Shown here in pieces: positions 8,419 to 20,959 of a stretch of 64,000 bases of DNA (within the stretch, counting starts at the first letter, position 1; every line of letters begins with the position of its first letter). The translations under genes were made by a program, and so were the position numbers. The stretch spans positions 13,295 through 77,294 of the forward strand of contig JAZRTB010000090.1 of NCBI GenBank assembly GCA_045651805.1. The letters run 5' to 3'. Below the pieces are notes generated by a model. That model searched no databases and was not told the origin of the DNA. It saw only the letters and a list, made by a program, of their open reading frames with translations. This DNA comes from Clostridia bacterium (lineage in GTDB: Bacteria > Bacillota > Clostridia > UMGS1883).

Positions 8419-9258
8419 TCAGCAACATAAAAGTCCAAGTTTTTGAATTTGTGCTCTGTGAATTTCTCCCGATTCCATAGTGTAAATTCTTGTTGTATTT
8501 ATACTTGAATGTCCAAGTATATCTGCAAGCCTCACAATATCTTTTTGCATAGCGTAATAAGTTCTTGCAAAAAGGTGTCTGAGATTATGCGGAAAAACTT
8601 TTCTTTTATCAACCCCTGCTTCCTCACATAATTTTTTCATTTCATGAAAAACATTACTTCTGTCAAGAGGAGTTCCGCTCTTGGTAACAAAAATGCTTCC
8701 GCTTGAAATTTTTCTTTCCTTTATATATTGTGTTAATATTTTACAAAGCCTTTCAGGTAAAATAATAATACGCATTTTCCCCTTCAGGTTTATTCGAGCT
8801 TCCCGCTTTACAACTGCATCTACAGTTATAAACTTAAGCTCCGATATACGAATCCCCGTAGAACAGACTGTTTGCATCAGAAAATACAAACGTCTGTTAT
8901 TTTTATTTTTTGCAGTTTCGAGAAGCCTTATATACTCTTTTTTCGAAAGCTCTCTTTCTTTTCTTGCGAAAATTTGCTTTTGAATTTTCAACATTTTCGT
9001 TTTAAGATTATGTCTTCCCTTAAATGAAAAATAACTGTTCAAGGACGAAAGCACGGCGTTCACCCCGGAAGGAGAGTGCTTTTCTTCTAATTCCTTTTTG
9101 TAAATCAATACCAGCGATTTTGTCAGTTTTCGCTCTCCGCACCATTTCAGAAAAACTTCAATATCCCTGACATATTTGTCTACTGTTGCTGCTGACTTTT
9201 CTTCATCAAGAAGATACTGCTTGTAATTGTAAAGTTTGTTTTCAATAGTCCTATTCAA
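8419..9258 (-). CDS. Tyrosine site-specific recombinase (phage-integrase/Xer-like family), 279 aa
   Basis: TTG start. Catalytic motifs are STGIRISEL (Arg), HNLRHLFAR (H-x-x-R) and LGHSSINTTRIYT (His...Tyr). About 70% identical by eye to the 43902..44741 recombinase. Confidence 0.9.
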   Translation of the reverse strand: MNRTIENKLYNYKQYLLDEEKSAATVDKYVRDIEVFLKWCGERKLTKSLVLIYKKELEEKHSPSGVNAVLSSLNSYFSFKGRHNLKTKMLKIQKQIFARKERELSKKEYIRLLETAKNKNNRRLYFLMQTVCSTGIRISELKFITVDAVVKREARINLKGKMRIIILPERLCKILTQYIKERKISSGSIFVTKSGTPLDRSNVFHEMKKLCEEAGVDKRKVFPHNLRHLFARTYYAMQKDIVRLADILGHSSINTTRIYTMESGEIHRAQIQKLGLLCC

Positions 9259-9373
9259 TAATTCTCAACTCCTCGCTATTATTTTATCACCTATTTTCTT
9301 TTTTACCATATCTTGTTCTATTTTTTTGCCTGTCCTCATACTTATAAAACAGGTTTAAGTAAGGAGGAATCTT

Positions 9374-10699
9374 ATGCAGGCAGAAATTACAAAACGTGGG
9401 AACGGATTTATCATCACTCCGCAATACATAGACAGTTATTCTAAAAAGCTACCGCAAATTGCAGCAGATACAAAACCTTTAAGTTTAAACACAGTCAAAG
9501 AAGCTCTTTCAACAAGCACTCTGGCCTGCACCGCATATGCAAAAGCATCAGGAAAAAAGCTTTTTTTCAAAGTACTTTCCACGGCAGTTGCCTTTTGTTG
9601 CATATTGGTATTTTTTTGTTGTTTTTCTTTTTCAACGGGAATTTATTGCAACGGTGAAAAAATAGCTGCGGGACATAGTAAGGAGGAGTTTCTCTCCGCT
9701 TTAAAAAAAGCGCAGGCAACCGCTTTAAAATATGGAATTTCTGACCTGAAACTTAATTTTTCAACATCCCCGGTATTAAGCCTGAAAAGTGATATCTTAT
9801 CCGCAAATGCACTTCACGACAAAATTCTTGCATCATCGGGGCACTTTGTTATGGGATACGCCCTGTACTCGGACGGAGCTCTTGTTTTCAACACCGCGAC
9901 CCGTGAAACTGCACAGGAAGTTCTCAATGAATACATATCGTCCTGCTCTATGAACGGAAATGCAACCCTGTCATCAAAGGTAGAATGTAAACCTGCCCTT
10001 ATTTTTAAATCCAATCTTTCAGACAAAAAAGAGTGCCTTGCCATTCTTCAGGAAAACAAAAGCATAAATGTTGTCAGCGTAGTAAACTCCACATCGTCAA
10101 AGGTTATCCCTTTTGAAGTACAGCAGGAGCACGATTCTGCCCTTTATGTCGGAGAATCAGTTACCGTGGTCGAGGGTGTCAACGGTAATGCACAGGTATC
10201 TCTTGAAACCGTTTACGAAAATGGTACAGAGCAGTCAAGCCACGTCACATCTGAAAAAATAATTGCAAATCCTGTGGCTTCTGTAGTACGGGTAGGTACA
10301 AAATACAAAAAAGTCCTTGAAAGCGGTCTTAATTACCCTCTCAAGGGGGTTCTTTCTTCCCCTTTCGGGTCACGTTGGGGTTCTGTTCACGAGGGAATTG
10401 ACATTGCCGTAGCAGAAGGTACTCAAGTCAAAGCCGCTGAATGCGGAACAGTAAGCTATGTCAGCGAAAACGCAGGCGGTTACGGCAAGCTCGTCCGTAT
10501 CAACCACGGTTATGGGGTGGAAACCGCTTATGCTCATCTCAGTCAGATAAATGTTTCCGTAGGTCAGAATGTTTCAAAGGATACAGTTATCGCTTTAAGC
10601 GGAAATACAGGAAGGTCAACAGGTCCCCATCTCCATTTTGAAATACTGGAAAACGGCAATCCTGTTGACCCTCTGAAGCATCTCCCTAAAGCTTCTTGA
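9374..10699 (+). CDS. M23-family metallopeptidase with membrane anchor and G5-like domain
   Basis: C-terminal motifs HEGIDIA ... GYG..V.I.H ... GPHLHFE. RBS AAGGAGG. Confidence 0.85.
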   Translation: MQAEITKRGNGFIITPQYIDSYSKKLPQIAADTKPLSLNTVKEALSTSTLACTAYAKASGKKLFFKVLSTAVAFCCILVFFCCFSFSTGIYCNGEKIAAGHSKEEFLSALKKAQATALKYGISDLKLNFSTSPVLSLKSDILSANALHDKILASSGHFVMGYALYSDGALVFNTATRETAQEVLNEYISSCSMNGNATLSSKVECKPALIFKSNLSDKKECLAILQENKSINVVSVVNSTSSKVIPFEVQQEHDSALYVGESVTVVEGVNGNAQVSLETVYENGTEQSSHVTSEKIIANPVASVVRVGTKYKKVLESGLNYPLKGVLSSPFGSRWGSVHEGIDIAVAEGTQVKAAECGTVSYVSENAGGYGKLVRINHGYGVETAYAHLSQINVSVGQNVSKDTVIALSGNTGRSTGPHLHFEILENGNPVDPLKHLPKAS

Positions 10700-11258
10700 T
10701 TTTTTTGGTTTTCTTGTCAACACATACAATGACGTAACCGTCTTTGTACATACACATATCCTTGAAACGTTCAAGAGGATTTTCCTCTTCATCTTCAAGC
10801 CTGAAAGCGACTGCACTGCTGTCAGAGCTTTCTCCCGCACAATAATAACCGTATTTTCTGAAATTACGATATACACCTCTGTGACTTAATATGTAACAGA
10901 TTTCATCGCTGAACTTTGCATAGCTCTTCTCCGTTATTTTCTTAAGGCGGATATTGTTGAATTCCAGGGCAGTTTCCTCCGGCGAAAAATCGTTTTTGTC
11001 ACTTTCTCTGTATTCCCCATACATTATCTGCCGTCCGCTCTGGGTAACAAGGATTCCGTGGTGGCGAGTGGTATCAATTGCTTTTAAAAGCCGTCCTTCC
11101 ACAATATTCCCGACTTTGGCAGCTTCTTCTCCGCCTACGAGCCAGACTTTCATTCCCCCGGATATTCCCTGAATTTCAACTTCCAGGCTTCTGTCGGTTA
11201 TTTTTGCCTGTCCTTTTCCGATTTCTGCAAGGGGTGTAAGTTCAATTGTTTTTTTCAT
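10686..11258 (-). CDS. Hypothetical protein
   Basis: 190-aa ORF with no motif I recognise. It converges on the M23 gene with a 14-nt overlap. Confidence 0.5.
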   Translation of the reverse strand: MKKTIELTPLAEIGKGQAKITDRSLEVEIQGISGGMKVWLVGGEEAAKVGNIVEGRLLKAIDTTRHHGILVTQSGRQIMYGEYRESDKNDFSPEETALEFNNIRLKKITEKSYAKFSDEICYILSHRGVYRNFRKYGYYCAGESSDSSAVAFRLEDEEENPLERFKDMCMYKDGYVIVCVDKKTKKIKKL

Positions 11259-11355
11259 ATCATCATTCCTTTCAGTAAATATTATGTTTTTTTCAAAATT
11301 TTATTATTAATTTGTGAACTTTTGGTTTTTTAACAAAATTTTTCAAAATTAGATA

Positions 11356-11383
11356 TTGAATTTTATTTTTTCTGTGGTATGAT
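11356..11383 (+). promoter_or_regulatory. groESL promoter TTGAAT-16-TGgTATGAT (extended -10)
   Basis: Read directly from the sequence. No CIRCE (TTAGCACTC-N9-GAGTGCTAA) is present in 11259-11429. Confidence 0.55.
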
Positions 11384-11417
11384 ATAGTATGTTGATTAAT
11401 GTTTATTATTTATTTAG

Positions 11418-11714
<297 letters not shown>

Positions 11715-11728
11715 TTTATTAGGAGTGA

Positions 11729-13369
<1,641 letters not shown>

Positions 13370-13453
13370 GCAGCGTGACAAAGCCCCATGTCGCACCATT
13401 AGCTTGTGCGAACACAGGTTTCATGCGACCCATTCTACAAAAAAGGTAAACTT

Positions 13454-13490
13454 AAAGGGATTGAGCAATTGCTCAATCCCTTTCTGATTA
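13454..13490 (+). terminator. Rho-independent terminator of groESL
   Basis: Perfect palindrome AAAGGGATTGAGCAA/TTGCTCAATCCCTTT followed by a T-rich tail. Confidence 0.8.
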
Positions 13491-13586
13491 TTTTATCAAA
13501 TTTTCAATAAAAATATTGAATTTTGGTTTATTTTATATTATAATAACCATATATGTTTAAAGACCTTTTGAAAGGGGCATTATACA

Positions 13587-13970
13587 ATGGAAGAAAACAA
13601 AGCACCGGTTATTGTAAAAATTAATAATGCAGAATACAGAATCGTATGCGACGCGGATGAGGAATATGTACAGAGAGTTGCATACCATGTTGACAAAAAG
13701 ATGCGTGACATTATCGCAGGCGACAAACGTCTTTCAACTTCTATGGCAGCTGTACTGACGGCAGTAAACATTGCCGATGAATACAAGCAGGCACAGGAGG
13801 ACAATGAAAAGCTCCGTGCACAGCTTCTTAAGTATGCTGAAGAAGCAGGTGCAAGTAAGCTTGCTCTTGACAAAATCAATGCAGAGCTTAACCGCTTAAG
13901 AGCCGAAAACCAGGAGCTTAAGATGAAGGTTGTCAAGCTTGAAACTGAAATTGATTCAAGAAGATATTAA
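13587..13970 (+). CDS. zapA: Cell division protein ZapA
   Basis: 127 aa. V.I.G..Y.I.CD..EEY...A..VD..M plus a C-terminal coiled coil is the typical ZapA layout. Confidence 0.75.
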   Translation: MEENKAPVIVKINNAEYRIVCDADEEYVQRVAYHVDKKMRDIIAGDKRLSTSMAAVLTAVNIADEYKQAQEDNEKLRAQLLKYAEEAGASKLALDKINAELNRLRAENQELKMKVVKLETEIDSRRY

Positions 13971-14046
13971 TCAATAAAGAAAAGAAAAGGAACGGCACGC
14001 TCTTGCCCGAAACATAATCGGTTGGGACTGTGCCTTTTACATTATT

Positions 14047-16116
14047 ATGAAAAACAGAAAACCTGAACTTCTCGCTCCTGCAGGAAAATGGGATGCCCTT
14101 GTTGCCGCCGTTCAGAACGGTGCCGATGCAATATATCTGGGTGAAAAAAGCTTCAGCGCAAGAAAAAATGCATCCAATTTTACCTGGGACGAGATACAAG
14201 AAGCAGTTAAATATTGTCACATCCGCAACACCCGGGTGCACCTTGCCCTCAACACCCTTATGAGTGATGGCGAGTTAAAAGCCTTTGAAAAATCTGTTGT
14301 AAAAGCAGCTGACGCAGGTGTCGATGCTCTTATAATCCAGGACCTTGGTGCCGCAAGAATTGCTCACAGCGTATGTCCCGATATGGAGCTTCACGCAAGC
14401 ACACAGCTTACCGCCTGCAACGAATACGATGTTGAAAGACTTTCAAAACTTGGTTTTTCACGAGTTGTTCTTTCCCGCGAGCTTTCACATAAAGAAATTG
14501 AAAAAATTCACAAAAACACCGACGCGGAGCTTGAAGCATTCATTCACGGAGCGCTGTGCATATGTTTTTCAGGCAAGTGTCTTATGTCCTCATTTATCGG
14601 AGGAAGAAGCGGAAACCGTGGCGAGTGTGCACAACCATGCCGTCAGTTATACTCACACGGCAAAAACAAGGGATACTTTTTGAGTCCCCGTGACCTTTGT
14701 CTCGCAGACGAAGCAAAGGCAATGTTTGATGCAGGAATCACAAGCTTCAAAATAGAGGGCAGAATGAAAAGCCCCGAATATGTTGCTACAGTAACGAATG
14801 TCTACCGCAAATATCTCGATAGCTTCGCACCACTTGAAAGAGCCGACGAGGAAAGATTGAAAAAAATCTTTGTCCGCGGTGACGGGTTTACAAAAGCATA
14901 TTTTGCAGAGAAAAACACTCCTGAAATAATGAATTATCATTCAAGCAATGACAACCTCTCCGCTCGTGCCGATGAAGAAATTCTTAAGGAAGCTCGACAT
15001 AGCTACCGCGAGGGCGTTGAAAACAAAAAAATCCCCGTAAATGCAACACTTACGGTTAAATACACCTCCCCTGCCCGGCTTATACTGTCAGATGGTGTTC
15101 ATACCGTTTCTGCCGAAGGCGATTACGGTGAAGCTGCAAAAAACCTGCCGTTATCGGAAGAGCGTGCACAATTGCAGATTGCAAAGCTCGGCAACACGCC
15201 TTATGTGCTTGAAAGCTTCACTTATACATCAGACGAAAACATTACTGTTCCCGTTTCCGTGCTTAATTCTCTCCGCCGTGAAGCTTGCGAATTACTTACG
15301 GAAAAACGTGCAGAAATAAAGAGGAAAGATATCTTCCCGTTTTCTTATCCGAAGGAGACGAGACAAAAACATTCTTCCTCCCCGTATACTGTCGCAGAAA
15401 TTTCTTCCGCTTATCAGTTCTCTGCCTGCAAAGATGCAGACAGAGTTCTTGTCCCCATACATTTGTGGAATGATATTACTCCCGATGACAGGTGCTGTGT
15501 TCTCCTCCCTGAGGTTGCAACAGATACAGACCATATAAGTAGTTTTCTTAAAAACATCCCCACCTCTTACGGCGTATACGCCTCAAGCTACGGAATGCTT
15601 TCCTTTGCAAAAAAGCTTGGCTACAAAGCATATGCCGACTGGGGAACAAATATTTATAACAGCGTATCGGCGGATTTCTTTTCGGATATTTCCGAAAGCC
15701 TGACTCTCTCCCCTGAACTTTCCCTTACACAGATAAAAGAAATTTCTTCCACCGTCAAACTGCCTCTTGAAGCTGTTTGCTACGGATACCAGCGTGTAAT
15801 GACGTCAAGGGCGTGTCTTATCCGCGGAATCACAGGAAAATGCGACTGCAAATCGTCTGTAACTCTCCGTGACAAAACAGGGGCACAGTTCGAGATAACC
15901 GGAAATCCCGTAACGCACCTTAATTCAGTCTATAATTCCCGCCCTACTTTTATGGCGGATAAATTAAAGGATATATCAAAGTCGGGGATATCCGGAATGA
16001 GGCTCTGCTTCACTTCTGAAAGTCCGGATAAAGTTGCCTCAATAATCGGTATGTACAAAGGGAAAATACCGGCTGAAAAGCCTCCCGTATATACGCGCGG
16101 ATATTTTCTTAAATAA
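14047..16116 (+). CDS. U32-family peptidase
   Basis: 689 aa. The N-terminal KPELLAPAG...AA..GADA[IV]Y.G signature and the E.F.HGA.C cysteine motif are present. Confidence 0.85.
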   Translation: MKNRKPELLAPAGKWDALVAAVQNGADAIYLGEKSFSARKNASNFTWDEIQEAVKYCHIRNTRVHLALNTLMSDGELKAFEKSVVKAADAGVDALIIQDLGAARIAHSVCPDMELHASTQLTACNEYDVERLSKLGFSRVVLSRELSHKEIEKIHKNTDAELEAFIHGALCICFSGKCLMSSFIGGRSGNRGECAQPCRQLYSHGKNKGYFLSPRDLCLADEAKAMFDAGITSFKIEGRMKSPEYVATVTNVYRKYLDSFAPLERADEERLKKIFVRGDGFTKAYFAEKNTPEIMNYHSSNDNLSARADEEILKEARHSYREGVENKKIPVNATLTVKYTSPARLILSDGVHTVSAEGDYGEAAKNLPLSEERAQLQIAKLGNTPYVLESFTYTSDENITVPVSVLNSLRREACELLTEKRAEIKRKDIFPFSYPKETRQKHSSSPYTVAEISSAYQFSACKDADRVLVPIHLWNDITPDDRCCVLLPEVATDTDHISSFLKNIPTSYGVYASSYGMLSFAKKLGYKAYADWGTNIYNSVSADFFSDISESLTLSPELSLTQIKEISSTVKLPLEAVCYGYQRVMTSRACLIRGITGKCDCKSSVTLRDKTGAQFEITGNPVTHLNSVYNSRPTFMADKLKDISKSGISGMRLCFTSESPDKVASIIGMYKGKIPAEKPPVYTRGYFLK

Positions 16117-16229
16117 ATTTTGGTATTTTTGCAGTATTATCCAAAAAAGTGCTTGATATTTACTTAAATATGTAGTAAAATAAGTTGTAACCTAGTTTCA
16201 AAAATACATTTACGAAAGGATAGATAAAA

Positions 16230-16787
16230 ATGATTTCAGCAGGAGATTTCAGAAACGGTGTAACTTTTGAATACGATGGAGGCGTGTATCAGATAATCGA
16301 GTTCCAGCATGTTAAGCCCGGTAAAGGTGCAGCATTCGTAAGAACAAAGATTAAGAACGTTATTTCAGGTGGTGTTGTTGAAAAGACTTTCAACCCCACA
16401 GATAAAATGCCTAAGGCTCACATTGAGCGTAAGGATATGGAATATCTTTACAACGATGGCGACCTCTTCTACTTCATGGATCCCGAAACATATGAGCAGA
16501 TTCCCGTAAGGCAGGATCAGCTTGGTGATGCTCTTAAGTTTGTTAAGGAAAACATGCAGGTTAAGATTCTTTCATTCAAGGGTAACATCTTCGGTATCGA
16601 GCCTCCGAACTTCGTAGAGCTTGCTATCACAGAAACAGAGCCCGGTTTTGCAGGCAACACCGCAACAGGTGCTACAAAGCCCGCTACTCTTGAAACAGGC
16701 GCTGTTGTTCAGGTTCCCCTTTTCATCGACAACGGTGAAGTTATTAAGGTTGATACCCGTACAGGCGAATATATGGGTAGAGCATAA
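16230..16787 (+). CDS. efp: Translation elongation factor P
   Basis: 185 aa. [10 protein letters not shown]..., and the [12 protein letters not shown] loop. Confidence 0.97.
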   Translation: MISAGDFRNGVTFEYDGGVYQIIEFQHVKPGKGAAFVRTKIKNVISGGVVEKTFNPTDKMPKAHIERKDMEYLYNDGDLFYFMDPETYEQIPVRQDQLGDALKFVKENMQVKILSFKGNIFGIEPPNFVELAITETEPGFAGNTATGATKPATLETGAVVQVPLFIDNGEVIKVDTRTGEYMGRA

Positions 16788-16812
16788 TTTTTAAATTTTT
16801 CAGGAGGTTATT

Positions 16813-17214
16813 ATGAGCTATTTAACAGAAAAAATGGCGTATATCCGTGGCCTTGCAGAAGGTCTTGAGATTGACGAAACCACCAAAGAAGGAAAGCTCC
16901 TTCTCGCTATTGTAGAAGCACTTTCCGATACAGCAGATGAAATCAACGAAATTGAAGATTATCAGGATGAACTTGCTGATCTCATTGATGAGATTGATGA
17001 AGATCTTGGTGATGTTGAAGAATTCGTATACGGCGACGTTGACGATGAGGACGACGAATTCAGCGTAGAGTGCCCCGCTTGCGGCGAGCTCATCTACCTT
17101 GATGAAGAAACTCTTGCAGAATGCGAAGACAGCATCGTTTGCCCCAGTTGCAACGAAAAGATTGAAATCGAATATGACTGCGATTGTGAAAACTGCAGTT
17201 GTTGCGAGGATTAA
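16813..17214 (+). CDS. Acidic zinc-ribbon protein (hypothetical, conserved efp neighbour in clostridia)
   Basis: 133 aa, very D/E-rich, with CPACG...CPSCN plus a terminal CDCENCSCC. Confidence 0.6.
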   Translation: MSYLTEKMAYIRGLAEGLEIDETTKEGKLLLAIVEALSDTADEINEIEDYQDELADLIDEIDEDLGDVEEFVYGDVDDEDDEFSVECPACGELIYLDEETLAECEDSIVCPSCNEKIEIEYDCDCENCSCCED

Positions 17215-17233
17215 TCTTAACCGAATTAAAAGT

Positions 17234-17270
17234 CTGTCACGCCTCGGCTTTCCGGGGTGTGACAGTTTTT
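17234..17270 (+). terminator. Rho-independent terminator
   Basis: CTGTCAC...GTGACAG stem followed by TTTTT. Confidence 0.75.
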
Positions 17271-17293
17271 AAATTAAGCCATGAGGTGTTACT

Positions 17294-18157
17294 ATGGAAA
17301 ATATCACTACTATAAAAAATGATTATCTTACCGTTAAAATAAAGAGCTATGGTGCAGAACTTACAAGCATTATTGACAAGGATGGCGAAGAAAGACTTTG
17401 GCAGGCTGATGAAAAGTGGTGGAATGGTCAGGCACCCCTCCTTTTCCCCATTTGCGGATGCCTTGAGGAAAGTCGCTACCTTCATAACGGTAAGTCCTAC
17501 GATATAAGATCTCACGGTTTTGCTAAACGTTCTGATTTCACTCTTGAAAGCAGTTCGGATGACAAGGCAGTTTTTCTCCTTGTATCAAACGACGAGACAA
17601 GAAAGGTGTATCCTTTCGAGTTTGAGCTTCGCGTTACTTACACTCTTCAGGAAAATAAGCTCAACATTACATATACAGTAAATAACAAAACCGATGGCGA
17701 AATGTATTTTTCAATCGGTTCTCACGAGGCGTATATGTGCCCCGGAACGACTCCCGAATATAACATTTTCTTTGATAAGAAGGAAGTTCTTCCCAATTAT
17801 CTTCTTAACGGACCTCTCCTTAACGATGAAGTTGAGGATGCTCCCATCACAGACGGGGTTATGTCTCTTTGTGATGACGAGTTCAAAAGACTTGATACAT
17901 ACATTTTTAAAAACACACTCTCAAAGCGTGTTACTCTTAAAAAGAAAAATGCAGATAAATCAATAAGTGTGGAATTCCCCGAAACCCCCAATCTCCTTAT
18001 CTGGAAAGAGCCGGGTGCGGAATTTATGTGCATTGAGCCTTGGTGCGGTCTTCCCGACCACGACGGTGAAGTAAGAGAAATTTCCGAAAAAGACGGAATT
18101 GTTAAACTTGATAAAAACGGTGTGTTCAACAATACACATTCGATTATTATAGATTAA
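17294..18157 (+). CDS. Aldose 1-epimerase-family protein
   Basis: 287 aa. The pattern L.N..L.V.I...GAEL.S......E.LW..D...W....P.LFPI.G is typical of the family. Confidence 0.7.
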   Translation: MENITTIKNDYLTVKIKSYGAELTSIIDKDGEERLWQADEKWWNGQAPLLFPICGCLEESRYLHNGKSYDIRSHGFAKRSDFTLESSSDDKAVFLLVSNDETRKVYPFEFELRVTYTLQENKLNITYTVNNKTDGEMYFSIGSHEAYMCPGTTPEYNIFFDKKEVLPNYLLNGPLLNDEVEDAPITDGVMSLCDDEFKRLDTYIFKNTLSKRVTLKKKNADKSISVEFPETPNLLIWKEPGAEFMCIEPWCGLPDHDGEVREISEKDGIVKLDKNGVFNNTHSIIID

Positions 18158-18172
18158 AGGAAGGTATTTTTT

Positions 18173-19567
18173 ATGAAACGTACTACTATAAAACAGCTTT
18201 ACAGAAGTACCGATCTTAAAAGCGGAGATAAGGTGCGCGTTGCAGGTTGGATAAAATCAATCCGTGCAAACAATAACATCGGTTTTGTTTCCATCAACGA
18301 CGGTAGCTTTTTTGACAGTCTTCAGGTAGTTATTGAAAAGGACAAGCTTGATTGCTATGATGAAATTGCGGCTCTTAACGTAGGCAGTGCAGTTTATTTT
18401 GAGGGTAGCATCGTGCTTACTCCCGATGCAAAGCAGCCTTTTGAGCTTAATGCTGATTCAGCAGAAATTGAGGGTGCTTCTACTCCCGACTATCCCCTTC
18501 AGAAGAAGAGACATTCTAACGAGTATCTTCGTACAATCGCTCATCTTCGTCCCAGAACAAATACATTCTCTGCAGTTTTCCGCGTGAGAAGCATTCTTGC
18601 TTATGCAATTCACTCATTTTTCAATGAAAGAGGTTTCGTTTACGTTCACACCCCCATCATCACATCAAGTGACTGTGAAGGTGCAGGCGAAATGTTCCGC
18701 GTAACAACTCTTGACATGGAGAATCCTCCCCGCAATGAAGATGGCAGCATCGACTTCAGTCAGGACTTCTTCGGTAAGCCCACAAACCTTACCGTAAGCG
18801 GTCAGCTTAACGTTGAAACACACGCTATGGCTCTCGGCGGTGTTTATACATTCGGTCCTACATTCCGTGCAGAAAAGAGTAACACTCCCCGTCATGGTGC
18901 AGAATTCTGGATGGTTGAGCCTGAAATTGCTTTTGCAGACCTTAACGACGATGCAGAGCTTGCAGAGGATATGCTCAAATACATTATCAAATATGTTCTT
19001 GACAATGCCCCCGAAGAAATGGAATTCTTCAACAAGTTTATCGACAATACACTCTTTGACAGACTTAACGTAGTTCTTAACTCTGATTTCGGCAGAGTAT
19101 CTTATACAGAAGCAATTAAGCTCCTTCAGGAAAGCGGCGAGAAGTTCGACTATCCCGTAGAATGGGGTATCGGCCTTCAGACAGAGCATGAGCGTTATCT
19201 CACAGAAATGATTTTCAAACGTCCTGTGTTCGTAATGGATTATCCCAAGGAAATCAAAGCTTTCTATATGCGTCTTAACGACGACGGAAAGACTGTTGCC
19301 GCTATGGACTGTCTCGTTCCCGGCGTAGGTGAAATCATCGGCGGTAGCCAGAGAGAAGAGCGTCTTGACCTTCTTGAAGCAAGAATGGCAGAGCTTGGTC
19401 TTGACCCCAAGGATTATTGGTGGTACCTTGACCTTCGTCGTTATGGCACAGCTAAGCATGCAGGCTTCGGTCTTGGTTTTGAAAGAGCTCTTATGTATAT
19501 CACAGGTATTCAGAATATCCGTGATGCTCTCAGTTTCCCCAGAACAACAGGTTCTGCAGAATTCTAA
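18173..19567 (+). CDS. asnS: Asparagine--tRNA ligase
   Basis: 464 aa class II aa[23 protein letters not shown] and [10 protein letters not shown] motifs, with AsnRS-type length. Confidence 0.92.
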   Translation: MKRTTIKQLYRSTDLKSGDKVRVAGWIKSIRANNNIGFVSINDGSFFDSLQVVIEKDKLDCYDEIAALNVGSAVYFEGSIVLTPDAKQPFELNADSAEIEGASTPDYPLQKKRHSNEYLRTIAHLRPRTNTFSAVFRVRSILAYAIHSFFNERGFVYVHTPIITSSDCEGAGEMFRVTTLDMENPPRNEDGSIDFSQDFFGKPTNLTVSGQLNVETHAMALGGVYTFGPTFRAEKSNTPRHGAEFWMVEPEIAFADLNDDAELAEDMLKYIIKYVLDNAPEEMEFFNKFIDNTLFDRLNVVLNSDFGRVSYTEAIKLLQESGEKFDYPVEWGIGLQTEHERYLTEMIFKRPVFVMDYPKEIKAFYMRLNDDGKTVAAMDCLVPGVGEIIGGSQREERLDLLEARMAELGLDPKDYWWYLDLRRYGTAKHAGFGLGFERALMYITGIQNIRDALSFPRTTGSAEF

Positions 19568-19582
19568 GAAGAAGGTTTTGTT

Positions 19583-20395
19583 ATGAAATTTTTATTTGCA
19601 GTTGCTATATTTGCCGCATTTTTATATGCATCAAAGTATCTTGGTAGTGTTATTACCACGATTATAGCTGTTGTTTTAATTGCATTTCTTCTCTGGAACA
19701 GACGTGCACTTATTCTTACACAGCTCGCTTCTCAGGCGTACTTTGTTAAAGGTGATAAGGATAGTGCATATAAGAAGTATCAGGCAGCTTATGACACGGG
19801 ACTTATGACATCCAATTGCAAAGTATCATTTGCAGCGTTCTGCCTTTACACAGAGAAGTTTGACAGATGCAGACGACTTCTTAATGAGGTTATAAATTCT
19901 TCACGTTCTCTTGATGCTGACCGTGCAAACGCACGTCACTATATGGCAATTCTCACCTGGAAAGAGGGCGACCTTGACGAAGCTATAACTCTTATGGAAG
20001 AAGTTCATAAAGACTTCCCCTCAACAGGTACATATGGTTCTCTTGGTGCTTTCTACCTTGAAAAGGCAAAAAAGAATCAGGTATTTGATGAATATCTTGA
20101 TTTTATGCTTGAGGCATACGACTACAACGAATCGGATAAAACGATTGTTGACAATCTTGGTGAGCTTTATCTTAACCTTGGAAAATATGAGGAAGCAAAA
20201 GAAGTTTACGAAAAGCTTCTTGTACAGAATCAGATTTCTCCTGTTCCCTATTACAATTTTGGTCGCGTGCTTAAAGCACTCGGCGAAACAGACAGAGCGA
20301 AAGAGGTTTTTGAAAAAGCTCTTGGTTGTACCTTCACTCGTTCTCTCATAGTCACCAAAGAAGATGTTGAGAAAGAGATTGCAAATTTAAACTAA
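19583..20395 (+). CDS. Membrane-anchored TPR-repeat protein
   Basis: 270 aa with N-terminal TM helices and TPR-like repeats (LGELYLNLGKYEEAKEVYEKLL...). Confidence 0.6.
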   Translation: MKFLFAVAIFAAFLYASKYLGSVITTIIAVVLIAFLLWNRRALILTQLASQAYFVKGDKDSAYKKYQAAYDTGLMTSNCKVSFAAFCLYTEKFDRCRRLLNEVINSSRSLDADRANARHYMAILTWKEGDLDEAITLMEEVHKDFPSTGTYGSLGAFYLEKAKKNQVFDEYLDFMLEAYDYNESDKTIVDNLGELYLNLGKYEEAKEVYEKLLVQNQISPVPYYNFGRVLKALGETDRAKEVFEKALGCTFTRSLIVTKEDVEKEIANLN

Positions 20396-20402
20396 TCAGA
20401 AA

Positions 20403-20438
20403 AGGATGTAAAAACTTAAGTTTTTACATCCTCTTTTT
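20403..20438 (+). terminator. Rho-independent terminator
   Basis: GGATGTAAAAAC-ttaa-GTTTTTACATCC followed by TCTTTTTC. Confidence 0.8.
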
Positions 20439-20499
20439 CTTGACTAAACTTTCCTTTTGTGCTATTATAAACGAGGTGGTTGTTTTGGATAATAAATTT

Positions 20500-20943
20500 A
20501 TGCAAATTGCACTCAATGAAGCAAATATTGCCGCACAGCAGGGCGAAATGCCCGTCGGTGCAGTCGTTGTAAAAGATGGTGAGGTTATCGCAACAGGGCA
20601 CAATCTTCGTAACGAACTTTCAGACCCGACTCTGCACGCAGAAATCGTTGCAATCCGTAAAGCTTGTGAAAAGCTTTCTGACTGGCGTCTTACGGACTGC
20701 GATATTTATGTCACGCTTGAGCCTTGTGTTATGTGTAGCGGTGCTATTATAAATTCCCGTCTGCGGAGCGTTTATTTCGGCGCTTATGACCCGGAATACG
20801 GCGGTGCAGGCGGCAGAATAGATTTGTTTTCCAAAGCATATTTCGGCAGTAATACCACCGTTTATGGCGGTATTATGGAGGATGAATGTACATCTATGCT
20901 GAAAGACTTCTTTGCCGAGCTTCGCAAAGATAAGAAGAAGTAA
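20500..20943 (+). CDS. tadA: tRNA adenosine(34) deaminase TadA
   Basis: HAE...PCVMC zinc motif. The track ORF starts at 20440; ATG 20500 (MQIALNEA...) or TTG 20485 is more plausible. Confidence 0.88.
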   Translation: MQIALNEANIAAQQGEMPVGAVVVKDGEVIATGHNLRNELSDPTLHAEIVAIRKACEKLSDWRLTDCDIYVTLEPCVMCSGAIINSRLRSVYFGAYDPEYGGAGGRIDLFSKAYFGSNTTVYGGIMEDECTSMLKDFFAELRKDKKK

Positions 20944-20959
20944 TAAACTAAATATTTAC

